Assembly: GCA_014804005.1 (NCBI GenBank)
Contig: JAAVAP010000016.1
Coordinates: forward strand, 106,751-170,750
Length of the DNA stretch: 64,000 nucleotides
Source: Treponema sp.
GTDB lineage: Bacteria > Spirochaetota > Spirochaetia > Treponematales > Treponemataceae
Direction of reading: 5' to 3'
Made by a program: the position numbers and the translations under genes. A model generated the notes under the pieces. It ran no database searches. It was not told where the DNA came from and worked only from the letters and a program-made list of their open reading frames with translations. Of the stretch, positions 10,801-19,694 are shown piece after piece (the stretch's first letter is position 1; each line of letters begins with the position of its first letter).

Positions 10801-10976
10801 TTTCCCTTTCCGACAGGCGAGCGGCGTTCGTAAAAGATTGGCTCGTGCAAAACGGCGGCATTCCGGCGGCACGGCTTTCTTCGCAAGGCAAGGGCGCGTC
10901 CGAGCCAGTGGCGGCTTTCAACGACAGCGCGAACTGGTGGAAGAACCGCCGCGTAGAATTTATCCTGCACAAGTAA
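7821..10976 (+). CDS. Large envelope protein: about eight FlgD-Ig-like repeats plus a C-terminal OmpA peptidoglycan-binding domain
   Basis: Signal peptide present. A module recurs with (F/I)SP(D/N)(G/N)DG..D... W(N/D)G.D..G....DG.Y.Y...A.D.AGN. The C-terminus reads TVVGHANRTG...LSDRRAAFV...NRRVEFIL, which is OmpA_C-like. Confidence 0.8.
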   Translation: MKKNFLPILIFSLASNFFAAETKYISPNNDGVQDELVVNFRVKDKGKIFSWALVVEDARGNVVRTIGNKVALPTVFNMKNFLKAAKTKKSSIEVPPTVSWNGAMENGETAPDGEYFYYIVASDDSGNSSKTAKSLVIVDNTAPQVSISVVPEGQRIFGEGEKVNFAIGQSGSKEDKWLATIADANGKIVRNYVWENSTPASIEWNGTDDNGIIVQDGVYKYSISATDRAGNTNEDSEVANIIFSAEKPATNIMIVGSKYFSVPQKSKINSVTLDVTIPEPRAGSGNALTNWSVEILEKSGKPVRTYSGKQGSEIPSKIVFEGKNDSGAQIADGEYFARVNAEYLNGYKTPAVNSPIFVFDTTQPFAAISNYDEIFSPDGDGSKDVFTLRQGAKKDDGAPVKKWLGKILAAGTNDAVFEYDFGANLPEQISWNGMDKAGKICSDGKYDYEISAEDLAGNSFSAKTKTSFTLDTSKTEVMLSANHRAFNPNGERKNVTFSSVLKSSAVKSYKFEIKNQSGVVVYAQNANGGVPANFVWNGNSSDEKICPDGMYFASISIVSENGSSAQAQSLPVSIDTVSPFVEVSLESAIFSPDGDGRKDTLKIATTNSTKETEWLAQILENGEKNSVVKTFEWNGFFAGKQNSNFEWDGSTDNGNKAADGKYSLVISAQDEAGNSFEKKIDSIVLDARATTAYVTAERSGISPISATGLTSQKFATRLSLNEGIESWTFNVEDEKGKSVRSLSNDSAQIPSQFIWDGKDSNGKDCEGKFTGHLTVNYSKGNFVDTKTAPFICSVTPPVLSVKTEPDFFSPDNDGVDDDCFITLGGKSTSKFASWSFVINYPESTGKTSAFWKTSGGEKITPQITWDGLSNTSRESDGTAERVQSAMDYPYTFTATDSLGMTTSVSGIIPVDILVIRDGNNLKMAVPSIIFRANNADFKTAAEAKGSQVTKEQAANNVRVLKRVGEILKKFPDYTVTVVGHANRTGAAGEDEILLSLSDRRAAFVKDWLVQNGGIPAARLSSQGKGASEPVAAFNDSANWWKNRRVEFILHK

Positions 10977-10994
10977 AATTGTAAAAGCGGACGG

Positions 10995-11043
10995 TTAAAA
11001 TTGGCGACAGAGTGCTGTCGTCAATTTTAATTTTGAGTTTTTT
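10995..11043 (+). terminator. Rho-independent terminator after the OmpA-family gene
   Basis: 16-bp stem ttaaaattggcgacag/ctgtcgtcaattttaa (one G:U pair) with a 4-nt loop, followed by ttttgagtttttt. Confidence 0.75.
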
Positions 11044-11122
11044 AGAAACTCGTTTATTCATTGCCATTTCTCACTTCGCTGCAAAACGGCTTTTTTCATC
11101 GTTGAAAACCAAGGAGCGTTTT

Positions 11123-12256
11123 ATGAAAAAACTTATTCAAATTCTTGCGGTTTTGTCGTCCGCAACACAAGTGTTCGCGTTCACGCCGCACATAAACAAA
11201 GGGCGCATCGAGGAAATCAGCGTTGCGCGGGCTTGTGCGGAAATGAAAATTCCCGAAGCGGAATTAAAGGAACTGAACAAGAATTGTTTTCTTTATTTAG
11301 ACAGTACTTTGTATTTTCCGCCAACAGAAATAGCAGCGGAAGAAAAAGTGCCTGAAATCTATAAACAGACTTTTGAGGAAACGACAGAAGTTTTGTACCG
11401 TGTCTTTATAGCCACGAAAGATGAATACGCCGCATCGACAGGAAAAAACTATTACAACAGTTTTCAAAAAATTTATTATGTAAATGGCGGCTCAAAAGGA
11501 AATCTTATATTTGCGGATTATTATCATGGTGACGTAGATCTAAAAATAAATTCCGACAGTCCTTATGTCATTCAAAGAAACCTGATGCCCATCATCAAGA
11601 ACAACAAAGTTGCAGGAATTATGTATTATGGGATGGAAACCCATTCGAGTTATGCGCATACGGATGAATATGAATCTATACTTGACTTAAAAAGCGATCA
11701 TCATACTCACCGGGCAGTGGTGTTTTGGAGCGACGACTTTTCCAAAATTGATTTGGCAGGTGGAAACGCGAAAAGTGACATACATATTGAATGTTCAAAA
11801 CCTCTGATTGATGAAAACGATGTTTTCAGATATACGATACAGAACGCGTTCGACAAGAATCCTGCGACGAGTTATGTGGAAGACACGGAAGATGACTTGA
11901 TGTATGTAAGCCTTGGTTTGTCATATAAAACTGTAAACGGAAAAACGGAGCGCATTGAAAATAAGAAAATCGCAATAATAAATGGATATGCCCAAAACAA
12001 TGATTTATACCTAAAAAACAATCGGGTAAAAGAAATCAGTGGAAATACTTATTCGAATGGAGAATTGTTGTTTGAGGATGATGACACATTGTTTTTAGCA
12101 GATTCTACTTTAAAATACCAGATTTTTGATTGGGCTCCTAGCCAAAGTTTCTCTGTGCAAAAAATTTATAAAGGTTCTGCTTTCAATGATACATGCATTG
12201 CAGAATTAGATTTCTTCAATGAAAAAATGAAATGGGTATTTGGAGGCGTGGAATGA
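11123..12256 (+). CDS. Secreted hypothetical protein in an AT-rich gene
   Basis: AAGGAG precedes the ATG at 11123. Signal peptide MKKLIQILAVLSSATQVFA. The ORF-track N-terminal extension from 11012 has no RBS and overlaps the upstream terminator. Confidence 0.6.
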   Translation: MKKLIQILAVLSSATQVFAFTPHINKGRIEEISVARACAEMKIPEAELKELNKNCFLYLDSTLYFPPTEIAAEEKVPEIYKQTFEETTEVLYRVFIATKDEYAASTGKNYYNSFQKIYYVNGGSKGNLIFADYYHGDVDLKINSDSPYVIQRNLMPIIKNNKVAGIMYYGMETHSSYAHTDEYESILDLKSDHHTHRAVVFWSDDFSKIDLAGGNAKSDIHIECSKPLIDENDVFRYTIQNAFDKNPATSYVEDTEDDLMYVSLGLSYKTVNGKTERIENKKIAIINGYAQNNDLYLKNNRVKEISGNTYSNGELLFEDDDTLFLADSTLKYQIFDWAPSQSFSVQKIYKGSAFNDTCIAELDFFNEKMKWVFGGVE

Positions 12257-12375
12257 GTTTTTACAGAATTCTTGAAGTACCATATTTTTCACAAAGAGAG
12301 AATAAAACAGTTTGGCGCAGAAGATCTACATTTGGTACAAAATGATGCACAATTCAAATCTTTCTGAAAACTCAC

Positions 12376-12424
12376 GCCCAAAATTGATGGCAACATTTTG
12401 ACATCAATTTTGGGGCATTTTTTA
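12376..12424 (+). terminator. Rho-independent terminator
   Basis: 13-bp perfect stem cccaaaattgatg/catcaattttggg with a 12-nt loop, then gcatttttt. Confidence 0.7.
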
Positions 12425-12539
12425 TAAACCAAGTTTTTGAAAAATTTGAATTTCAGATGAAACGACACGCGCCATTATAGTGCGCCAATCTTGTAAAATA
12501 TTCACTTGAGAAAAAATTCTTTGTGCCGAAAATTTCATT

Positions 12540-13139
12540 ATGTCGCAGAACAGCTACGAAAAGCCAGACTTTTGGTCAAAAAAAGCGTTCGCGGAAAATT
12601 ACCCCGCGCGTTCCGTCTACAAGCTCGCCGAAATCGACGAAAAATTCGGCATTATAAAAAAGAATTCCGTCGTCTTGGATTTGGGAAGCGCGCCCGGAAG
12701 CTGGACGCTTTTTCTCCTGCGCAATTTGGGCAGCGGCGGAAAAGTCGTTTCGTGTGATTTGAATCCGCTCAACAAAGACGTGGCCGCCGAGAATTTGATT
12801 TTTTTTCAAGGCGACTTGAACTCAAAGGAAACACGCGAAAAAATTCGGGCGCAAGGTCCGTTCGATTTGGTAGTATGCGATGCGGCCCCTCCCACGACAG
12901 GAAACCGCACCGTGGACACGGCGCGTTCTGAAAGCCTTGTGGAAATGGCGATTTGGTACGCAGAAAACATGCTCAAGCCAAGCGGGAATTTCGCGGTGAA
13001 AATTTTCCAAAGCGGCGCGGAACAAAAACTTCTTTTGAAAATGCGCCAAATTTTTTCCAGCGCGAAGGCATTCAAGCCAAAAGCATGCCGCAAGGAAAGT
13101 TTTGAAACTTATTTGATCGGAATCCAAAGGCGCGGATAG
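12540..13139 (+). CDS. rlmE: 23S rRNA 2'-O-ribose (U2552) methyltransferase, RlmE/FtsJ
   Basis: 199 aa with ARSVYKL, the SAM motif LDLGSAPGSW, and DLVVCDAAP. Confidence 0.9.
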   Translation: MSQNSYEKPDFWSKKAFAENYPARSVYKLAEIDEKFGIIKKNSVVLDLGSAPGSWTLFLLRNLGSGGKVVSCDLNPLNKDVAAENLIFFQGDLNSKETREKIRAQGPFDLVVCDAAPPTTGNRTVDTARSESLVEMAIWYAENMLKPSGNFAVKIFQSGAEQKLLLKMRQIFSSAKAFKPKACRKESFETYLIGIQRRG

Positions 13140-13232
13140 TTTTTTTCGAAAATGACTGATTTTTGAAATCGAATTTTCCGATAATAAATTTTGTCAAACC
13201 CAATTGAAAAAAAATAGAAAATGAGGTATAAT

Positions 13233-14228
13233 ATGCGTGTATCTATGTTTTTAAAGAAGAAATTTTTGCAGCTCAGCATAACATTTTGCGTGGGCGCGTT
13301 CATTGCGGGCAGCGCATTATATTTTTCGCACATTTCCGAAGACGGACGCGGCGGCCTTGAATTGCCGAGCGCGCCGAACGAAACGGTCATTCGCGAAGCA
13401 ATTTCACATGATGAAAACGCGGAAAGCCTTGTGGAACATTTGGAAAGGGCGGAAAACGCCGAATTCGCGCAAGATGAATTCCAGCCGCTCACATACATTA
13501 CCTACAGAATCCGTCCAGGCGACATGATAGGCAAAATCGCGGAGCAACATTCAGTTTCCACGGACACGCTTGTCAGCGTGAACGACATCAAATCCACTCG
13601 CACAATTCAAGTCGGCGAATACATAAAAATCCCTTCGGAAAAAGGAATCTTGTACACTGTGAAAAAGGACGGCGAAACTCCGATCGAAATCTCCGAAAAA
13701 TACGGAGTGGACGCGGCAAAATGCGCGTTCGTGAACAATTTGAATTCGGATTCGCAGTTGCATTCTGGCGATTCAATTTTCGTTCCTGGCGCGGAAATGG
13801 ATTCGATGACGCTCGCGCAAATCAACGGCGATTTGTTCCGCCGCCCTATTCACGGACGATACAGGCTCACTTCATATTTTGGCTGGCGACCGAGCCCGTT
13901 CACTGGAAAGCGTTCATGGCACGGCGGCTTGGACATGGCCTGCCCCGCATGGACTCCGATTTACGCGGGAATGGACGGAAGGGTAGCAGAAATCGGCTAC
14001 AACAACACTTACGGAAATTACGTCGTCATAAATCATTCTGCCGGATACAAAACTTTGTACGGACACATGGTCGTGCGAAGCACGGATGTGAAAGTCGGGC
14101 AATATGTCACCACCAGCACGATAATCGGGCGCGTCGGAACCACTGGAGCCAGCACCGGAAACCACGTCCACTTTACGGTCTACAAAAACGGAAGGATGAT
14201 AAATCCGCTCAACTTGATGGGAAACTGA
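13233..14228 (+). CDS. LysM-domain M23 family metallopeptidase
   Basis: An N-terminal TM segment and two LysM-like segments (YRIRPGDMIGKIAE..., YTVKKDGETPIEISEKYGV...). M23 motifs HGGLDMA and STGNHVHFTV are present. The start at 13233 is preferred (GAGGT is 5 nt upstream); 13221 is also possible. Confidence 0.85.
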   Translation: MRVSMFLKKKFLQLSITFCVGAFIAGSALYFSHISEDGRGGLELPSAPNETVIREAISHDENAESLVEHLERAENAEFAQDEFQPLTYITYRIRPGDMIGKIAEQHSVSTDTLVSVNDIKSTRTIQVGEYIKIPSEKGILYTVKKDGETPIEISEKYGVDAAKCAFVNNLNSDSQLHSGDSIFVPGAEMDSMTLAQINGDLFRRPIHGRYRLTSYFGWRPSPFTGKRSWHGGLDMACPAWTPIYAGMDGRVAEIGYNNTYGNYVVINHSAGYKTLYGHMVVRSTDVKVGQYVTTSTIIGRVGTTGASTGNHVHFTVYKNGRMINPLNLMGN

Positions 14229-14255
14229 ATTTCAAGATATTTCTGTCAAATCATC

Positions 14256-14290
14256 AAGCCTCGACGAAAATGTCGGGGCTTTTCTCTTTT
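14256..14290. terminator. Hairpin between convergent genes (possible bidirectional terminator)
   Basis: 10-bp stem aagcctcgac/gtcggggctt (one G:U pair) with a 6-nt loop, followed by a T-rich tract tttctctttt. Confidence 0.55.
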
Positions 14291-14302
14291 ATTCCGCGCG
14301 AA

Positions 14303-14788
14303 TCATTTCCAAAAAGAATCGGTCTTGCAATTTGGTTGCTTGTCGCCGATTTTCGTGTTTATCAGTTTCACGAAAAAATCGATGTTCCCGCGAATGAAAA
14401 GCGCGCAATAAATCGTGATCATCGCCGCAAATTCCATGGACACGCAAATCTTGAGCGCGGCAGATTCGATTTGACGCGAAAAAATCGCGAAGACGACGAA
14501 AAGCAGCAACATCGCGATTCCGCCGAGAATCCATTTCGGAAGCGAAATTGGATTTTCCATTGATTCGTCCGAAGCGTATATTTTTTTCATCACGGCGGAA
14601 ATAGAATCGTCGTTCACCAAAACGTCCTCGCCAAATGATTTTGTCGCCGCGCTTTCGGCCTTTTTCAAAGAGCGCACTTCGCTTCGGCAATTTTCGCACA
14701 AAAGCAAATGCAGCGTCATAAAAAGCGGCACGCTTTCGCCTTTGTCGAGTCCCAAATATTTTTCCATGACGGCAGAACATTTTTTCAT
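14303..14788 (-). CDS. Membrane anti-sigma factor (zf-HC2 type)
   Basis: The N-terminal putative zinc finger has an H...C..C pattern (HLLLCENCRSEV). A central TM segment is present. Its start overlaps the stop of the upstream ECF sigma gene. Confidence 0.7.
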   Translation of the reverse strand: MKKCSAVMEKYLGLDKGESVPLFMTLHLLLCENCRSEVRSLKKAESAATKSFGEDVLVNDDSISAVMKKIYASDESMENPISLPKWILGGIAMLLLFVVFAIFSRQIESAALKICVSMEFAAMITIYCALFIRGNIDFFVKLINTKIGDKQPNCKTDSFWK

Positions 14789-15369
14789 TAAAGCAGTCCT
14801 TTTGAAACAAGCTTATCCCGAAGGATTTTTTTTGCACGAAATATGTGTGACTTTACAGTATTTTCCGGCAACGCCATTATCTCGCTTATTTCGACATAGG
14901 AATTGTCATAGAAAAAATAAAGGTCGATGCAGACGCGATATTTTTCATCCAATTCCTTTACAGCTTCGCGAACGGCTTCTTTTGTCAGGCGGCGCAACTC
15001 GCTTTCTTCAGGAGTGAGCGCGTTGTCGGGCAGAGCAGTTTCGTCGGCAATGGAAACATATTCGGCGCGGCGATTCACCGCGTTCACCGCGGTATTGTAC
15101 GCCAGTCGAGTAAGCCAAGTGGAAAAAAGCGATTCGCCGCGAAACTGGGAAAGTTTTGTGAACGCCTTCAAAAAAACGTCCTGCACGAAATCTTCGGTGT
15201 CGGCGGCATTTTTGAAAAAACTCATTCCAAGCGCGGCAACACGATTTTTATAAAGCGACATCAGTTCGGCAAATGCCTCGGTATCGCCAAGCAAAACTTG
15301 GTTGACAAGAAGAAAGTCCCGTTTGTAAGAAGCCTCGTGCTCCTTGCTGAAGGAACGCTGTCTTTTCAT
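14788..15369 (-). CDS. ECF-type RNA polymerase sigma-70 factor
   Basis: Region 2 (DTEDFVQDVFLKAF...FSTWLTRLAYN) and region 4 HTH (YVEISEIMALPENTVKSHIFRAKKIL). Confidence 0.85.
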   Translation of the reverse strand: MKRQRSFSKEHEASYKRDFLLVNQVLLGDTEAFAELMSLYKNRVAALGMSFFKNAADTEDFVQDVFLKAFTKLSQFRGESLFSTWLTRLAYNTAVNAVNRRAEYVSIADETALPDNALTPEESELRRLTKEAVREAVKELDEKYRVCIDLYFFYDNSYVEISEIMALPENTVKSHIFRAKKILRDKLVSKGLL

Positions 15370-15710
15370 TTTTGCCTGAAATCAGGATTCACTTTGTAAA
15401 ATACTAGCAAGCCGATTCCAACGACAAGCGGAACAAGTCCGCCCAAAAGCAAATACGAAAGCCCGTCGATAAGCGCGAAAAGCGTAGTCAAAATCGCGCC
15501 TATGCCGACAAGCAGGATTCCGCCCAAAAGCGAAAAAGTTTTCAAGCCGAATTCCGTCTTATTGTACGTGCCCATGCGAATCCTGAGTTTCGTCTCATGG
15601 TGCGCCCACAAAAGATAAAAAAACAAAATCGTTCCGCCAATTGCGATTCCTACAATCGGAATCAGGGCGATTATCACTTGCGCCGAATGCGACGCAATTT
15701 CCGAATTCAT
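15366..15710 (-). CDS. Small polytopic membrane protein, first gene of the ECF operon
   Basis: 114 aa with about four hydrophobic helices. Its stop overlaps the sigma gene start by 4 nt. Confidence 0.55.
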   Translation of the reverse strand: MNSEIASHSAQVIIALIPIVGIAIGGTILFFYLLWAHHETKLRIRMGTYNKTEFGLKTFSLLGGILLVGIGAILTTLFALIDGLSYLLLGGLVPLVVGIGLLVFYKVNPDFRQK

Positions 15711-15801
15711 GTTTCACCTCGCATCAAAAGTTTCGTTTCAAACAGCGTCATAAATATGACACCGTTCGCGTAAAAAAGTTGCGTGATTTCGTGATTTGAG
15801 T

Positions 15802-16311
15802 TCAATCCAAAAAAATGTAGTCGTCAAAATAAAGCGCGTTCAGCTCTCCCAAACGCAATTCCGAATTGAACAAATCCAAGAGTTCTTCTTTGATTTTTTT
15901 TTCGCCGATCGAAAGGAGCGCGTTTTTTGTCTTGCTTGAAAAATATTCCACGAAAAACGAAGTGAAAAGCCGCTTGCGCGAAACCAATTCTTCGTAGAAT
16001 GCGCTGTCGTCGCCCTCGTAGGAAAGCCACGGGGTCACGACCAAGACCGCGCCGTTTTTGTTTTCCGCATCCGACTCGTCAGGCATGGCGATTATGCGCA
16101 ACGTCCCGAATTCCTTGAACGCCTTAAGATTTTTGTCCGCGCCTTTTATTTGCTCCACGCCCGCAGGATCGCTTTTGCGCAAATTCATTCCGGGCCGTTT
16201 TCCCAAAACAAATGCCGCCACGCTCGCAAGAAAAATCAGCGCACTCAACGCGACGATTGCCGCAACGAGAATCATGTTCGCTTCGAATTTTATTTTTTTC
16301 ATTTCGGACAT
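15802..16311 (-). CDS. Single-pass membrane protein, FliL-like (tentative)
   Basis: Start placed at MSEMKKIKF (ATG at 16311). It has an N-terminal TM segment and a C-terminal region with a FliL-like layout (....VTPWLSYEGDD..FYEEL..K....). The ORF-track extension to 16503 would overlap the ptsI start region. Confidence 0.4.
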   Translation of the reverse strand: MSEMKKIKFEANMILVAAIVALSALIFLASVAAFVLGKRPGMNLRKSDPAGVEQIKGADKNLKAFKEFGTLRIIAMPDESDAENKNGAVLVVTPWLSYEGDDSAFYEELVSRKRLFTSFFVEYFSSKTKNALLSIGEKKIKEELLDLFNSELRLGELNALYFDDYIFLD

Positions 16312-16420
16312 TTTAGCGCAAATCGAATTATAATTCAAGTGAATCGCGCTTGATTTGGAGAGGGCGGGAATTTTTAACGAATCATTTGACTTAAATATAA
16401 TTATTCTATATAATTGAAAA

Positions 16421-18139
16421 ATGGACATTCTATTCGGGACGTCGATTTCTTCCGGCATCGGAAGCGGCAAGGCGTTCGTAATTCCGGAGCCGACGCAGCG
16501 CATAATTCCTCAAACGCCGATTGCAATCGAACAGCTCGAATCAGAATGGTTGCGCTACACTTGCGCCCGCGACTCGGTTTCCGCGCAAATCAAAATCCGC
16601 CTCGAACAAATAAATTCGCAAGGCAAGGACGCGGACAAGACGCAAAAAGATATTTTCGAAACCTACGCGCTGATGCTCGCGGATCCTGTTTTCAACGGAG
16701 AAGTGGAAGACCTTTTGAAGCGCGAACTTTTCAATGTCGAGCACATTTTAAAATTGAAAATCGAAGAATATTCGAACCGTCTGCGCGAAAGCGGCAACAA
16801 TTATTTGGCGGAGCGCGGGCAAGACATCACGGACATTTTCGGGCGCGTCATAAACGAAATGCTGAATCTCCATCCGTTCAATATCGAAGAGATTCCTGAA
16901 CGTTGCGTTTTGATTGCGCATTCATTGAGCCCAGGCGATTTTTCGATTCTTGCCGAAAAAAAAATAATCGGCATCGCGCTCACGCAAGGCGGCGCTTCAA
17001 GCCACATTGCGATTCTCGCGCGAAATTATTCGATTCCAGCAGTTTCCGCAATTCCGAAAATCACGAAGAAAATCAAAAACGGCGAAACCGTGATAATCGA
17101 CGCGGACAAATCCGAAATCATAATCGAGCCGGACAGCACGACCATCGACAGTTACGTCACGAAAATAAAAAAGCAGAGCGAGCGCGGCCAAGAACTTTTG
17201 CAATTTCGTTCGCTGCCCGCAAAGACAAAGGACGGAACAAAGTTCAATCTTTATGCGAACATCGGAGCGCCGCAAGAAGCCGAACGCGCGTTGCAAGAAG
17301 GCGCGGAAGGAATCGGGCTTTTCAGGACGGAATTCCTTTTTATGAACGAGCTGAATTCCGCGAACGCAAGCGCGATTAGAACTGTTACAGAAGAAACTCA
17401 ATTCGAAGCGTACAAGCGCGTGCTCGAAACGATGAAAGGAAAGCCCGTGACAATTCGCACGCTCGATCTAGGCGGCGACAAGCTTTTGAGCCTTATGGAC
17501 GCGCCGAACATCGAAGAAAAAAATCCGCTTATGGGACTTCGCGCGATTCGCCTGAGCCTGAATTATCCGAGGCTTTTCCGAACGCAGCTTCGCGCACTTT
17601 ATCGCGCGAGCGTTTTCGGCGACCTTCGCATAATGCTTCCGCTCATCACGGATGCAAGCCAAATAAGCCAAACCAAGGCAATCATAAAGCAAGTTTGCGA
17701 CGAACTGGAATCCGAAAAAATTCCGTTCAAGAAAAATGTTCCACTTGGCATAATGATTGAAACGGCCGCCGCAGGAATTTGCGCCGCGTCGCTTGCAAAG
17801 CAGGCGGACTTTTTTTCAATCGGCACGAACGACCTCACGCAATACACAATCGGAGTTGACCGCGAAAACACGAACGTTTCTTCACTCTACGACGAGTTCC
17901 ATCCCGCCGTGCTTTTTTTGATAAAGCGCACGGTTGACGCGGCGAAAAGCGAAGGCATTCCAGTTTCGATTTGCGGAGAAATGGCATCGCGGACGGAAAG
18001 CCTTTCAGTGCTTGCCGGAATCGGAGTGCGCAGTTTGAGCATGAGTTCGAATTTGATTCCGCTCGTAAAGAAAAACCTTTCCCAAACTACGATTTCGGAA
18101 ATGAAAAGCGAAGCAAAAAAATATTGGAAAGAATTATGA
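16421..18139 (+). CDS. ptsI: Phosphoenolpyruvate-protein phosphotransferase (PTS enzyme I)
   Basis: 572 aa with the phospho-His region GGASSHIAILAR, GLFRTEFLFM, and a C-terminal PEP-utilising motif FFSIGTNDLTQY. Confidence 0.95.
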   Translation: MDILFGTSISSGIGSGKAFVIPEPTQRIIPQTPIAIEQLESEWLRYTCARDSVSAQIKIRLEQINSQGKDADKTQKDIFETYALMLADPVFNGEVEDLLKRELFNVEHILKLKIEEYSNRLRESGNNYLAERGQDITDIFGRVINEMLNLHPFNIEEIPERCVLIAHSLSPGDFSILAEKKIIGIALTQGGASSHIAILARNYSIPAVSAIPKITKKIKNGETVIIDADKSEIIIEPDSTTIDSYVTKIKKQSERGQELLQFRSLPAKTKDGTKFNLYANIGAPQEAERALQEGAEGIGLFRTEFLFMNELNSANASAIRTVTEETQFEAYKRVLETMKGKPVTIRTLDLGGDKLLSLMDAPNIEEKNPLMGLRAIRLSLNYPRLFRTQLRALYRASVFGDLRIMLPLITDASQISQTKAIIKQVCDELESEKIPFKKNVPLGIMIETAAAGICAASLAKQADFFSIGTNDLTQYTIGVDRENTNVSSLYDEFHPAVLFLIKRTVDAAKSEGIPVSICGEMASRTESLSVLAGIGVRSLSMSSNLIPLVKKNLSQTTISEMKSEAKKYWKEL

Positions 18140-19614
18140 AAAAAAATCAGGACGCGCCTTCCGCGCGAATTTCGGACGAAAAAATAAAATTCGACTCAAG
18201 CAAAAATTATGTGAACCTTCCGCTCGTCGTAATCGCAGGCCGCCCGAACGTTGGAAAGTCAACGCTGTTCAATCGCTTTATGCACAAGCGAATCGCAATC
18301 ACTGATCCGACGCCCGGCGTAACGCGAGACCCAATCGAAGGCACGGCTTTTATCGCGGGAATGCCGGTGCATTTGATGGACACAGGCGGCTTCAAACTTA
18401 CGCGCGATGAGCGCGAAGGAAAAAGCCAGGGCGCGAGCCAACGCCGAGTTCACAAAATCAGCACGAACGCTCTCGACGATCTTGTGGTGGCAAAAACCGT
18501 CGAGATGCTGCAAAAGGCGGATTTAGTTCTTTTGCTTTTGGACGCGGAGGAAACAACTCCCGAGGACGAAGAATTCGTCGCGCTGCTGCGCCCGCATTGG
18601 CACAAAGTGATCGCGGCGGTGAACAAAACCGAAGGCGGACGCAACGAGGCTTTGGCATGGAACTACGCGCGATTCGGCTTTGAAGATTTGGTTTTGATTT
18701 CCGCAGAACACGGCGACAACATCACGCCTTTGGCGCAAAAAATAGTTTCGCGCTTGGACTTTTCGAAAATAAAGGAAGGTGAAGAAGATTCGCCGCCAAT
18801 TCGAATCGCGGTGCTCGGAAAGCCGAACACAGGAAAATCAACTTTGACAAATCGCCTCACGCACACGGAATCTTCGATTGTAAGCGACTACGCAGGAACT
18901 ACGCGCGACGTGGTTGAAGGCACTTTCCGTTACAACGGGCGCGACTGCATTATTTTGGACACGGCTGGAATCAGGCGCAAGGCAAAAGTAAAAGAAAACG
19001 TTGAATATTATTCTGTGAATCGCGCGATAAAAACGCTCGACGAATGCGATGTCGTGTTCCTGCTCATTGACGCGCAAGAAGGTCTTGCCGAGCAGGACAA
19101 GAAAATCTGCGCGCTTGCATACGAGCGCGGCCGCCCGATAATTTTCATTTTGAACAAATGGGACACACAGGAAAAAGGCAGGACGGCGGCTCGCAAAGCC
19201 GAAGAGGACATACGCATAATGTTCGGGCAAATGAACTTCGCTCCAATCGTGGAAACTTCCGCATTGAACGGCGACGGAATGAAACGCCTCATGGACACCG
19301 CGCTGGAACTTTACGAGCAAGTCAACCGCAGAATCGAAACTTCGGCTTTGAACAACGCGCTCCGCGACTGGCTTCAAAAATATCCGCCGCCCGCAAGCCG
19401 AACGATGCATTTTAAAATTCGCTACATGACACAGATCGGCACAAGTCCAGTTTCGTTCGTGATTTTCGCTACGCGCCCTGAATCCGTGCCGCAAACATAC
19501 ATCGCATTTTTGAAAAACCGAATTCGCGAAGATTTGGGGCTTGACAAAATTCCGGTTCAACTGGAACTCAAAGCAAGCCGCAAAAAATGGGAAGATTTTA
19601 AGGGAAATGGCTGA
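18136..19614 (+). CDS. der: Ribosome-associated GTPase Der/EngA
   Basis: Two GTPase domains (GRPNVGKSTLFN/DTGG and GKPNTGKSTLTN/DTAG/NKWD) plus a KH-like C-terminus. The ATG at 18136 overlaps the ptsI stop (ATGA). Confidence 0.95.
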   Translation: MKKNQDAPSARISDEKIKFDSSKNYVNLPLVVIAGRPNVGKSTLFNRFMHKRIAITDPTPGVTRDPIEGTAFIAGMPVHLMDTGGFKLTRDEREGKSQGASQRRVHKISTNALDDLVVAKTVEMLQKADLVLLLLDAEETTPEDEEFVALLRPHWHKVIAAVNKTEGGRNEALAWNYARFGFEDLVLISAEHGDNITPLAQKIVSRLDFSKIKEGEEDSPPIRIAVLGKPNTGKSTLTNRLTHTESSIVSDYAGTTRDVVEGTFRYNGRDCIILDTAGIRRKAKVKENVEYYSVNRAIKTLDECDVVFLLIDAQEGLAEQDKKICALAYERGRPIIFILNKWDTQEKGRTAARKAEEDIRIMFGQMNFAPIVETSALNGDGMKRLMDTALELYEQVNRRIETSALNNALRDWLQKYPPPASRTMHFKIRYMTQIGTSPVSFVIFATRPESVPQTYIAFLKNRIREDLGLDKIPVQLELKASRKKWEDFKGNG

Positions 19615-19694
19615 AATTGCGCATTCACTTTAACACGAGTTTTGGCAATTTAAAAGCTGAAACTTTTCGCCGTTGAAAAATTGAGGGAACGAGA

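Noticed and set aside
10056-10970. 304-aa minus-strand ORF
   Set aside because: It lies antisense to the well-supported OmpA_C end of the 7821-10976 gene. The product is Arg-rich with no motifs.
17971-18135. N-terminal extension of der given by the ORF track
   Set aside because: It would overlap 165 nt of ptsI. The ATG at 18136 gives the canonical Der N-terminus and forms an ATGA overlap with the ptsI stop.
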